64,000 bases of DNA from assembly GCA_964583985.1 (NCBI GenBank), contig CAZOYD010000001.1, positions 35,532 to 99,531 on the forward strand. The letters run 5' to 3'. Below are positions 28,822 to 38,072 of this stretch, in pieces. Numbering within the stretch: position 1 is the first letter of the stretch; each line of letters opens with the position of its first letter. Source of the DNA: an uncultured archaeon. GTDB lineage: Archaea; Asgardarchaeota; Lokiarchaeia; Sigyniarchaeales; SOKP01. The position numbers and the translations under genes are program-made. A model generated the notes under the pieces. It was given only the letters and a program-made list of their open reading frames with translations, had not been told where the DNA came from and ran no database searches.

Positions 28822-30549
28822 ATGAAAGCATTTATTACAGCTCAAATGACTCCACAATCATTACAACAACTTAAAGATTTGTTGCATGACGATGTTTTTT
28901 ATGAAAGCTGGCGTGAGACAAAGAATTTGTATTTTGATGCTGAAGATTTAGTAAAAAAGTTAAAGGAAAAAAAAGCAGAAATCTTTATATGCGAGGGTGA
29001 TAATGTAAAGAAGGATGTTTTAGAACATGTTGATCTTAAAATTATCGGCTCTACTCGTGATGATCCAAATAATATAGATTTAACAACTGCAACAAAAAAA
29101 GGCATTCCTGTACTTTTTACTCCTGGGAGGAATAAGAATGCTGTTACTGAAATGACCATTACTCTTATGCTTGCTTTGGTGCGAAAGCTGCCTGAAATAT
29201 CTCAGGTTCTACATTCTGATCAATTTAAAGTTGATGACTTTACTGAATATGTTGATTATTACAACCAATTTAAAGGAAATGAGCTAAAGGGGAAAATAAT
29301 TGGTATTATTGGATTAGGAAATATCGGATTTGAAGTGGCAAAACGTTTGAAAGCATTTGAAGTCGAATTATTAATCTATGATCCCTATGTTCAAGAATCA
29401 AGGTTGAGTTTTATCGATGGAAAGCTTGTAGATTTAAATACTTTAATGGCTAAATCAGATATTATTTCAATTCATTGTCCCCCCACAGATGAAACTGATG
29501 GACTGATTGACCAAGAACAAATAGATTTAATGAAATCAACTGCGTTTTTTATAAATTTAGGTCGTGCATCTGTAACGAATGAGGATATTCTTTATAAAGC
29601 GCTTAAATCAAAAAAAATAGCGGGTGCTGCTTTAGATGTTTTTAATATAGAACCCGTCGATCAGAATAATAAATTCCTCGAATTAGAAAACGTAATTGTA
29701 ACCCCCCATATAGGAGGAAACACTTTTGAAACAAATCATAATCATAGCATGATGATTTTAGAAGGAATTAAAAAATTATTGAATAATGAAGTTCCTTCGA
29801 ACATATTAAATCCAGAAGTACTTCCAGGATATACTGATAAAAGAGATTCTTTCCCTGAGAAAGGAGAAGATGTTCCAATCAATTTATCCAGCTATAAATC
29901 TGAAAGTAATGAAATACTCAATATTTGTAAAATGATGGTTGAAAAGGGTCTTATCGTAGGTACAGCGGGTAATGTATCCCTGCGAATTAAATTACCAAAT
30001 GGAGATGAAGGATTTCTTTTAACTCCGAGTACAGTTCCTTATGAAGATATGACTATAGATGATATGGTGCTAATTGATAGAAATCTTGAAGTTATTGCTG
30101 GAACTCGAAATCCTACTTCAGAAAAGCAACTTCACCTAAATATATTATTATCAAGAAGAGATGTGAATGCAGTTATACATTCTCATGCTCCATATTCCAC
30201 AATACTATCGATTGCGCGCATGCCCTTGGGTCCGATTGTCGATGAGATCATACCATTTATTGGAGGGTGTGAAATAGCAGAGTATGGAATGGCAGGGACT
30301 CAAGAAATATCTCAAAAGGCTTTAAACGCATTAGGAAATAATTATGCTGTATTTTTACCTAATCATGGAAATATATGTATTGGAACTGACTTAAAACATG
30401 CATATAGAGTGTTACAATTAGTTGAATTTGCAGCTAAGATTCAGTATCGAGCTTCTTTATTAGGGACAATTTATGCACTCCCAGAAGATGCTGAAAAAGA
30501 TGAAAAAGAAATGTTCGAAATTATGCGAGAGGCTAATGATATGGGATGA
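28822..30549 (+). CDS. Fusion of a D-2-hydroxyacid (SerA-like) dehydrogenase and a class II aldolase
   Basis: GIIGLGNIG, YDPY, IN.GR, AALDVF..EP, TPHIGG; then GNVS.R, PTSE..LH, IHSH, LPNHG. Confidence 0.9.
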   Translation: MKAFITAQMTPQSLQQLKDLLHDDVFYESWRETKNLYFDAEDLVKKLKEKKAEIFICEGDNVKKDVLEHVDLKIIGSTRDDPNNIDLTTATKKGIPVLFTPGRNKNAVTEMTITLMLALVRKLPEISQVLHSDQFKVDDFTEYVDYYNQFKGNELKGKIIGIIGLGNIGFEVAKRLKAFEVELLIYDPYVQESRLSFIDGKLVDLNTLMAKSDIISIHCPPTDETDGLIDQEQIDLMKSTAFFINLGRASVTNEDILYKALKSKKIAGAALDVFNIEPVDQNNKFLELENVIVTPHIGGNTFETNHNHSMMILEGIKKLLNNEVPSNILNPEVLPGYTDKRDSFPEKGEDVPINLSSYKSESNEILNICKMMVEKGLIVGTAGNVSLRIKLPNGDEGFLLTPSTVPYEDMTIDDMVLIDRNLEVIAGTRNPTSEKQLHLNILLSRRDVNAVIHSHAPYSTILSIARMPLGPIVDEIIPFIGGCEIAEYGMAGTQEISQKALNALGNNYAVFLPNHGNICIGTDLKHAYRVLQLVEFAAKIQYRASLLGTIYALPEDAEKDEKEMFEIMREANDMG

Positions 30550-30562
30550 TCAAAAAAGATTT

Positions 30563-31195
30563 TTAAATCAAATATTTTCTTACTACTTTTCCTCTCGGTT
30601 CAAGCTCTTCAAAAAGTATTGCTTGAAAGGAATAAATTTTAGTTTGATTATCTTTCCATGCATTATCAGAAAGCCCAGCTTTAATACAGGTATGCTTAAG
30701 AAATGTATTTACATCCCAATTCCTTCCATGGTCTATAGGTACTTGAGGTAAGAGTAAACCACGTTTCATTCCCTTTTCTGCTATTAGACCATCTCTCCCA
30801 ATTTCGATTTTATCCAAATATTCTTTTGGATCTACAACTTCTATTAATTTTGGAGGAGTTAAAATGGAAATTTCAATAATAATGTTGTCCATATCGTTAA
30901 TTGTAACTGAATTAAATCGATAGTCATCTACTGCAGCGCTTATTGATACCCTATGAATACTCTCATATAAGGGATAAATAGGTTCAATATAACCAATACA
31001 ACCTCTTAAGGGGTTTCCAATAACATTGTATTCATTTAAAGTTACAAATACACCATAGTTTTCAGAAAATTGATTTTTAATGAGGTGGGGTACTTCCATC
31101 CTTTGCGACGTTCTCAAAAAATGCTCAATGTTTTCTCGAGCAAATTTGATGAGGAGCTCGCCATCTTTAACCTCAAATTCTTTGGTTTTGGACAT
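30563..31195 (-). CDS. AMMECR1 family protein
   Basis: GVFVTL, LRGCIG, EISILTPP, G.DGL, GLLLPQV, KAGL. Confidence 0.92.
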   Translation of the reverse strand: MSKTKEFEVKDGELLIKFARENIEHFLRTSQRMEVPHLIKNQFSENYGVFVTLNEYNVIGNPLRGCIGYIEPIYPLYESIHRVSISAAVDDYRFNSVTINDMDNIIIEISILTPPKLIEVVDPKEYLDKIEIGRDGLIAEKGMKRGLLLPQVPIDHGRNWDVNTFLKHTCIKAGLSDNAWKDNQTKIYSFQAILFEELEPRGKVVRKYLI

Positions 31196-31251
31196 AATTA
31201 ATCAAGACTTATATTGTATTTTAGATGTTATTTAGAATTTCTGATATATTA

Positions 31252-32667
31252 TTATTTTATAGTTCTATATATCATTTTACCTTTTGGTATGGGATCATTG
31301 TACGAAATATCAGATCCTCCCAAAATTATTTTCCATATCAACACATTAGCGCTCCTATCTAATGGATCCAAGTTTTCAAATGGAGTAAATTTTGCTTTGG
31401 ATATGAACAAATTTGAATTTAAATATGTAGAAGTAACTTTTTCTATAATGATTAAATCAGCATCATAACCTTCCTCAATTTTTCCCTTGTTTATTATGTT
31501 AAACCTTTTAGCAGGATTTTCAGCTGCAGCCTTTATGAAGAATTCTAAAGACAATCGATTTTCAAATATTTTTTCAAGTAATTTAAAAGTATATGTTTCA
31601 AAACCAGGAAAACCCGATGGAGCTTCAAAAAACTGCTTAGATTTCTCTTTTAATGTATGAGGAGCATGGTCAGTTCCTATAAATTTGATCCTTCCTTCCC
31701 GTAATTTTCTGAATAGAAACTCAGCATCGCTTTTTTTCCTCAAGGGAGGAAGTACTTTACCAAAACTTTCATTTTTTAATAATATTTCTTGAGATAGTAA
31801 TAAGTGATGTGGTGTCACTTCAAAAGAAATATCATAATCATTAGATAAATCAGATAATAATTCATAGCTATCTCTACAGCTAACATGACAGACATGAATT
31901 TTTGGAAGATTCGTTATTTCGGATTTATAATCATTAATGTATTTTTCATAATTCGCTAAAATGTATTTTATAAATTTAGCTTCATTTTCAACAGGATAAA
32001 GTTCATTATGTATTTTTAGGTAGTTAACTTTACTTCTTTTCATTTTTTGTTTTATGTTTTCTTTTTCCTCTTCAGGCAAGGGGAAATCAGCATGAATAAA
32101 AATTGGGATTCCATACTTAGATGAAATTCCAAAAATCTTTATTAAATTATCAGGATCATACCAATTGATATCACATAAAGGTGATAACGGGTAGATCTTG
32201 AATCCAAATACACCTAAATCTAATATTTTTTTTATTTCCTCCTCATCAATATTTTTAGGTACACCAGAAATAAAGCCTACATTGTTAAAGATATTATCTC
32301 GAGCTCTTTCCATCCATTTTTTAACTTGTTCTTCTGATATCGCAGGAGGTTGCGTGTTTGGCATATTCAAAACAGTTGTTATTCCAGAAAATAACGCTGC
32401 TTTGGTTCCAGTTTGAAAAGTTTCTTTTTCCTGTTGTCCCATATCACGTAAATGGGTATGAATGTCAATTATACCAGGTAAAATAATTCTTTTCTCACAG
32501 TCAATCTCGACTATTTTTTTATTTTCAGATCTAATATTTTCAAGGTTTTTTTCACCAGGTAGTTTAATAATTGACCGTATTTTGCCTGACTGGATAAATA
32601 AAGTTCCATCTATTAATTTATTTCCAATAAATATTTTCGCATTCTTTAAAATCATTGGAAACGACAT
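31252..32667 (-). CDS. pyrC: Dihydroorotase
   Basis: PGIIDIHTHLRD, MPNT.P, CHVS, EVTPHHL, KVLPPLR, TDHAPH. Confidence 0.88.
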   Translation of the reverse strand: MSFPMILKNAKIFIGNKLIDGTLFIQSGKIRSIIKLPGEKNLENIRSENKKIVEIDCEKRIILPGIIDIHTHLRDMGQQEKETFQTGTKAALFSGITTVLNMPNTQPPAISEEQVKKWMERARDNIFNNVGFISGVPKNIDEEEIKKILDLGVFGFKIYPLSPLCDINWYDPDNLIKIFGISSKYGIPIFIHADFPLPEEEKENIKQKMKRSKVNYLKIHNELYPVENEAKFIKYILANYEKYINDYKSEITNLPKIHVCHVSCRDSYELLSDLSNDYDISFEVTPHHLLLSQEILLKNESFGKVLPPLRKKSDAEFLFRKLREGRIKFIGTDHAPHTLKEKSKQFFEAPSGFPGFETYTFKLLEKIFENRLSLEFFIKAAAENPAKRFNIINKGKIEEGYDADLIIIEKVTSTYLNSNLFISKAKFTPFENLDPLDRSANVLIWKIILGGSDISYNDPIPKGKMIYRTIK

Positions 32668-32672
32668 TTATT

Positions 32673-33299
32673 TTATAATATTATTTGATCCAGTAAATAA
32701 TTGATATATAATATTTTATTTTCTAAAGATTTTATTTCTGAAAAGTTTATTTGTATAATATTAGTCGAATGGTCGAATTTTTCAAAAAATTCTCTTTCAA
32801 GTTTATGGCTGACATCATTTAAGGTAATGAAAAGATCTTGTGAGATGAAATTTTTATTTTTAAAATCATTTGGAAGATTTGTATCATTTGATTGGTTAAG
32901 TAAGAAAATCCGCTTGATATTCATTTTCTCAATAAAATGAGTAATATTTAGTGGATTAACTAATTTAATCACATAAATTCCAGGAGTCGATTTCTCCCAT
33001 ATTTCATAATTTAAGTTATAGGTTTTTTCTAATGCCTTTAATAATAGTAATGCTTGAGATCTTTCATCGGATCCTAAAAATCTTAGTTCAGATCCTTCTA
33101 ATTTAATTAAAATATGATCTGAATGAAAATATAAAAATAAAGTGTTTTGCTTTCTTATTGCATAAGATAAACAAAAAAATTCTCGAATTCCAGAACACAA
33201 TTTGTATATATCAGGAGGAGTATTCCCTGAATCAATGTCTTTCTTGCTATATTTAGTATAACAATCATTTAAAATTAAGAATAATACCAAATTTATCAT
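32673..33299 (-). CDS. TrmY-like SPOUT tRNA methyltransferase, divergent
   Basis: LS.AIR, G.ELR.L..DERS, KAL, STPGI.V match the TrmY N-terminal half; the C-terminal knot motifs are not recognisable. Confidence 0.6.
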   Translation of the reverse strand: MINLVLFLILNDCYTKYSKKDIDSGNTPPDIYKLCSGIREFFCLSYAIRKQNTLFLYFHSDHILIKLEGSELRFLGSDERSQALLLLKALEKTYNLNYEIWEKSTPGIYVIKLVNPLNITHFIEKMNIKRIFLLNQSNDTNLPNDFKNKNFISQDLFITLNDVSHKLEREFFEKFDHSTNIIQINFSEIKSLENKILYINYLLDQIIL

Positions 33300-33314
33300 T
33301 TGCTCATTTTCATT

Positions 33315-34691
33315 TTAAAATTTAAAATCCTTTCCTAATTTGTTTAAAAAGGAGGGATCAATATTTCCTAAGCCAGGCATTCCTTTGCCTTTACCTTTTT
33401 TTTGCATTTGCAGGAATCTCTTCATAAATTTCTTCATTTGATTATATTGATCAAGCATTTTGTTTATAGCCGAGTAATCTGTACCACTTCCAATGGCGAT
33501 CCGTCTTTTTCTAGTTTTTTTAATTATTTTGGGGTCCTCCTTTTCTGCCGAAGTCATCGAATTAAGCACAACCTCCCATCGTTCCAGGTTTTTTTCTGCG
33601 TCTTCTTTAAGAACATCTGGAATATTACCTCCTCCCATCATAGTTAAAAGTTGTTTCATTTTTCCTACTTTCTTTATGCTTTTTAATTGATAATAAAGAT
33701 CCTCCAATGTGAACTTTCCACGCATCATCCGTTTTTGCATGTCCGGATCTATATCTACTTCAGCATCTTGTACCGCTTTTACCAATCCTTCTAAATCGGG
33801 TTTTCCTAATAATGATCCAACAAACTTCGTTGGGTGGAATTCTTCTAATTCATCGATTTTTTCTCCAACACCAATAAATCTTATTGATTGACCGGTAGCT
33901 GCACAAGCAGACAGAGCACCTCCACCCTTAGCGGATCCATCCAATTTAGTCACTATTATGCTTCCAATTTTAGTAGATTTGGAAAATTCTTCAGCTTGGC
34001 TGTAAGCTTGCTGTCCTAAAGTCCCATCAATAACTAAAATGACTTCATTTGGTTTTAAGGCGCTTTCTATTTGAGTCATTTCTTTCATCAGTTCTTTTTC
34101 TTCCTTGTGACGTCCGGCGGTGTCAACAAGAATTATATCATGTCCATCGTTAATAGCATTTTTAGTTTCTTTAACTGCGATTTTAATGGCATTTTTCTCT
34201 GCTGGATTTCCATAACTCTTAATTCCAACCTGATTAGACAATTGAACAAGCTGCTCATAAGCACCAGGTCGCCACGTATCTGTGGTGACAGAAGCAACTT
34301 TATATCCTTTACTTTTATAATATCGCGCTAATTTTCCAATCGTCGTCGTTTTTCCCGAACCTTGTATGCCAACGAATAGAATCACGTTATGCTTCCCAGA
34401 TTTTATTCGTATTGGGGCAATTTTTCCTCCGAGAACTTTGATGAGTTGATCGTGAACTAGTTTGATTATAAAATCTTTTCTTTGAACGCGTTTATGCAAC
34501 TCAGTATTCATCGCTTCTTTTCTTATGCTATTGGTCATTTCATAAACTAATTCTACCTTTACATCAGCTTGAAGTAAACTACGTTGCAATTCTTGTATGA
34601 GAGCGTTAATTGCTTCTTTATCTACACTAGGTAATCTCCTTAATTTCCTTAAAGCATTATCCAATGATCTACCAAGTTGCTCTAAAACCAT
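33315..34691 (-). CDS. srp54: Signal recognition particle 54 kDa protein
   Basis: [35 protein letters not shown] domain SMT..E...P...RIA.GSG. Confidence 0.97.
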   Translation of the reverse strand: MVLEQLGRSLDNALRKLRRLPSVDKEAINALIQELQRSLLQADVKVELVYEMTNSIRKEAMNTELHKRVQRKDFIIKLVHDQLIKVLGGKIAPIRIKSGKHNVILFVGIQGSGKTTTIGKLARYYKSKGYKVASVTTDTWRPGAYEQLVQLSNQVGIKSYGNPAEKNAIKIAVKETKNAINDGHDIILVDTAGRHKEEKELMKEMTQIESALKPNEVILVIDGTLGQQAYSQAEEFSKSTKIGSIIVTKLDGSAKGGGALSACAATGQSIRFIGVGEKIDELEEFHPTKFVGSLLGKPDLEGLVKAVQDAEVDIDPDMQKRMMRGKFTLEDLYYQLKSIKKVGKMKQLLTMMGGGNIPDVLKEDAEKNLERWEVVLNSMTSAEKEDPKIIKKTRKRRIAIGSGTDYSAINKMLDQYNQMKKFMKRFLQMQKKGKGKGMPGLGNIDPSFLNKLGKDFKF

Positions 34692-34914
34692 TATAGAATC
34701 GTTACTCGCGTTTTTTATACTTATATATTAAAATCCGTGATAATATTAAATCCTTATTTAATATTTACGATACCAAAACTAATTTAAAAAATTTAAAAAT
34801 TTATATAGATAATAATTTTTAAAAAACTTATTTTAGAATAAACATATTATAGAATATCAGAAAAAATAAATACAAATTTTAAAAATGATTGGAGAATAGG
34901 TGATTTAATAAAAA

Positions 34915-35343
34915 ATGTCAATTAAGAGAATTGAGATACAGAAACTCAAAACGGGTCAATATATCATGGTTGATGATGAACCTTGCATTATCAAAGGCAC
35001 AGAAAGAAGTAAATCGGGTAAACATGGACACGCAAAAGTTAGAGTCGTTTGCGTGGGAGTTTTTGATAATAACAAAAGGTCTCTTACTATTCCAAGCGGA
35101 CACATGTGTGACATACCAGAAATTATAAAAGATAATGCTCAGATCAATTTTATTGAAGATACATTGATCAATATTATGAATCTCGAAACTTATGAATCAG
35201 TGGATGTAGCATGGCCCAAGGATGAGGAGTCAATCACAAAATTAAAGGAATTACAAGCAAATCCAAAGAAACTGTCAAGCGCTCAAGTAGAATATTGGCA
35301 ACTTGCAGGGAAGTTATTGATTAATAGAGTTATCATAAATTAA
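34915..35343 (+). CDS. eif5a: Translation factor aIF5A
   Basis: Hypusine-site motif SKSGKHGHAK; AGGTGA upstream. Confidence 0.95.
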   Translation: MSIKRIEIQKLKTGQYIMVDDEPCIIKGTERSKSGKHGHAKVRVVCVGVFDNNKRSLTIPSGHMCDIPEIIKDNAQINFIEDTLINIMNLETYESVDVAWPKDEESITKLKELQANPKKLSSAQVEYWQLAGKLLINRVIIN

Positions 35344-35428
35344 AGAAATTCAAGAATTTACTCTATTTTTATTAATTCATTCAGATTTTGTTATTTGAGT
35401 TTCATAATCCGATTATATCTTGAGGTAA

Positions 35429-36361
35429 ATGGAGAAAAAAGCTATTGGTTTGGCATGTAGGATGGATTCGGAAAGCGCAATCAAATTAACTAAGAGAATT
35501 TTTGAATTCTTGATTAAAAAAGGTGAACTAGTTCATTTAGAAACTAGAATAGCGCCAAAAATTTTACCTCAATATGGCATGGATCTTAAAGAGATGACAG
35601 CAGAGAATACAAAGTTTATAATTTCTGCGGGAGGTGATGGTACAGTGTTAAGAGTGGCGAATGGATTGTCTCAACGAAATCCTCCTCCAATTTTGGGAGT
35701 AAATATTGGATCTATCGGCTTTTTAGATGAAACTAATCAACGAACTGTGTTTAATGATTTAACTAAAATATTGAATGGTGATTTTATTGTTGAAACTTGC
35801 TCCAAAATAGCTGCATACATCCTCAAAGAGTCTGATGAGATAAAACTTAATAATGCTTTAAATGAGATCTTAATTATTTCCTCTAAAAGTTCTAAAGTAC
35901 TCTTGATCTCGGTAAAAATTAATGGTACTTACTTAAATAGAAGTTATTTGGACGGTGTTATAATTTCGACCGCTGTGGGTTCGACAGCTTATAATTTAAG
36001 CGCAGGTGGAGCAATTGTTGATCCTTCAGTCGATATAATGGAATTAACTCCTCTCAATAGTTTTGCTAGGTCTGGTCTTAAACCCATTATCCTTCCTATT
36101 GACTGTGAAATCGAAATCAAGTTACTAAGACCTCGGTTAAACGCAAAAATTGTTATTGATGGACAGAGAACGTTTAAAAAAATACAACCTAATACAGTTA
36201 TTAAAATTCGCAAGTCTAATGCTCAATCGAAATTTATTCGGTTATCGAGCGATCTAAGCACTAATTATATAACCCGATTAAGAAAAAAAATAATAGGTAC
36301 AATAAGAGTTCCTCTTGATGATAGCCCCGAATCGGAAGAAGAGTTTAATTCTAATTTTTGA
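35429..36361 (+). CDS. nadK: NAD(+) kinase
   Basis: GGDGT, G.N.G.IGFL, ALNE, DG.I.ST..GSTAY.LSAGG. Confidence 0.95.
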   Translation: MEKKAIGLACRMDSESAIKLTKRIFEFLIKKGELVHLETRIAPKILPQYGMDLKEMTAENTKFIISAGGDGTVLRVANGLSQRNPPPILGVNIGSIGFLDETNQRTVFNDLTKILNGDFIVETCSKIAAYILKESDEIKLNNALNEILIISSKSSKVLLISVKINGTYLNRSYLDGVIISTAVGSTAYNLSAGGAIVDPSVDIMELTPLNSFARSGLKPIILPIDCEIEIKLLRPRLNAKIVIDGQRTFKKIQPNTVIKIRKSNAQSKFIRLSSDLSTNYITRLRKKIIGTIRVPLDDSPESEEEFNSNF

Positions 36362-36878
36362 TACCAATATATTTCTCACTGGTATTGATATTAACTTGTT
36401 TCCAAATAAGATTTATACAACACCAGAAATTATAGATGAAATAGAGGTTGAAAGATATGAATCTCGTAATAGGAATATTATTAATAGAATAAAGGCTGCA
36501 ATCGAGAGTAAGATGCTCATTATTAAAAACCCTTCTGAGAAATATGTTAACCAAACGAAAGCTACAGCTCGGATTACGGGAGACATAAAAGCATTATCTG
36601 ATCAAGATTATAGTATCATAGCATTAGCCTTAGATTTAATGAATTCTCAACATTATGATATAGAACTGTTCACAAATGATTATTCAATTCAGAATGTATG
36701 TTTTGAGTTGAATATAACAGTGAGATCCTTATATAAAAGTGGTATTGAACACCAGATAAAATTTGAAGTATTTTGTCCTCATTGTCAAACTATACATAAT
36801 TGTGATAAATTAAATGATTTTTGTGAAATGTGTGGTTCCCGGCTCAAACGGAGACCTAAAATAGATTATAAAAATTAA
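36315..36878 (+). CDS. nob1: Nob1 endoribonuclease (PIN + zinc ribbon)
   Basis: FDTN, TGD...LS..D....ALA, TNDYSIQNV, C-terminal CPHC...CEMCGS. Confidence 0.9.
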   Translation: MMIAPNRKKSLILIFDTNIFLTGIDINLFPNKIYTTPEIIDEIEVERYESRNRNIINRIKAAIESKMLIIKNPSEKYVNQTKATARITGDIKALSDQDYSIIALALDLMNSQHYDIELFTNDYSIQNVCFELNITVRSLYKSGIEHQIKFEVFCPHCQTIHNCDKLNDFCEMCGSRLKRRPKIDYKN

Positions 36879-36939
36879 ATGGTGGAAATTATAAATAAAA
36901 GTGTCTACTTATATATTGAAATAATGAGAAGATGATTAA

Positions 36940-37989
36940 ATGGGAATTAAAATAAATGAATTAGTAAAGGATGTACGGAAGACTATCTCTTTTGAAAACC
37001 TTTTAAATAAAAAAATCGCGATCGATGCATTTAACGCTATTTACCAATTTTTAGCGATAATTCGTCAAGGAGATGGTACTTTACTTATGGATTTAGAAGG
37101 AAACGTAACTTCTCATTTATCCGGATTATTTTATCGCAACATTAAGTTTTTAGAATATAATATTAAACCTATATACGTATTTGACGGGAAACCTCCTGAA
37201 TTGAAACTTGAAACAATTATCGAGAGGCGAAAGGTTAAAGCAGAAGCTAAAGAAAAAATGATAAAAGCCCAAGAAGAAGAGGATTTTCAAGAAGCAAAAA
37301 AACAAGCGCAAAGAACTTCCAAATTAGATGAAAATATGATTGAGGAAAGCAAATCATTATTGAATTATATGGGCATTCCTGTTATAGATGCTGCTTCAGA
37401 AGGGGAAGCACAATCTGCTTATTTAGTTAATAAAGGTGAAGCTTGGGCTAGTGCTTCTCAAGACTATGATACTTTATTATTTGGATGCGAACGTTTTCTA
37501 AGAAATTTTAGTGTAAGTCGTAGTAAAAAAGTAAAGGATACGACTGTTTCATTAGATATCGAATATATTTCTCTTTCTAAATTATTACTTAACTTGGGAA
37601 TTTCCCGTGAACAACTTATAGATATGGGAATCCTTATTGGGACGGATTTTTTTCCAGGAATTAAAGGAATTGGACAACATAAAGCATTGGAATTGATCAA
37701 AAAACATGATTCGTTGGAAAATATGCTGGAGAATAATATAGAAATTTCTGGAAACCCATTAATGCTTGATATGGAATTAGTTCAACATGTTAAAGATATT
37801 TTTCTGAACCCGAGTGTTAATTCTAATTATTCAAAAATAGAATGGAAAAAAGTCGATTATGATAAATTAGAGGAGTTGTTGGTAGAAAAACACAATTTTT
37901 CTAAAAATAGAATTGACAGTGCACTTAAAAAACTAAAGGATATAGATTCAGCTAAAAAGCAAATATCTTTGGATAGTTTTTTCAAATAA
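36940..37989 (+). CDS. fen: Flap endonuclease 1
   Basis: IDAFN.IYQFL..IRQ.DG, TSHLSG.FYR, EGEAQ, SQDYD.LLFG, GTDF..G; C-terminal PIP box QISLDSFF. Confidence 0.97.
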   Translation: MGIKINELVKDVRKTISFENLLNKKIAIDAFNAIYQFLAIIRQGDGTLLMDLEGNVTSHLSGLFYRNIKFLEYNIKPIYVFDGKPPELKLETIIERRKVKAEAKEKMIKAQEEEDFQEAKKQAQRTSKLDENMIEESKSLLNYMGIPVIDAASEGEAQSAYLVNKGEAWASASQDYDTLLFGCERFLRNFSVSRSKKVKDTTVSLDIEYISLSKLLLNLGISREQLIDMGILIGTDFFPGIKGIGQHKALELIKKHDSLENMLENNIEISGNPLMLDMELVQHVKDIFLNPSVNSNYSKIEWKKVDYDKLEELLVEKHNFSKNRIDSALKKLKDIDSAKKQISLDSFFK

Positions 37990-38072
37990 AAAAGAAAAAT
38001 ATGATGAAATGGAAAAATTTTTACAAATTCATTAATTATTAAAACATACTCTTAAAAAAGATTCGATCAAAG

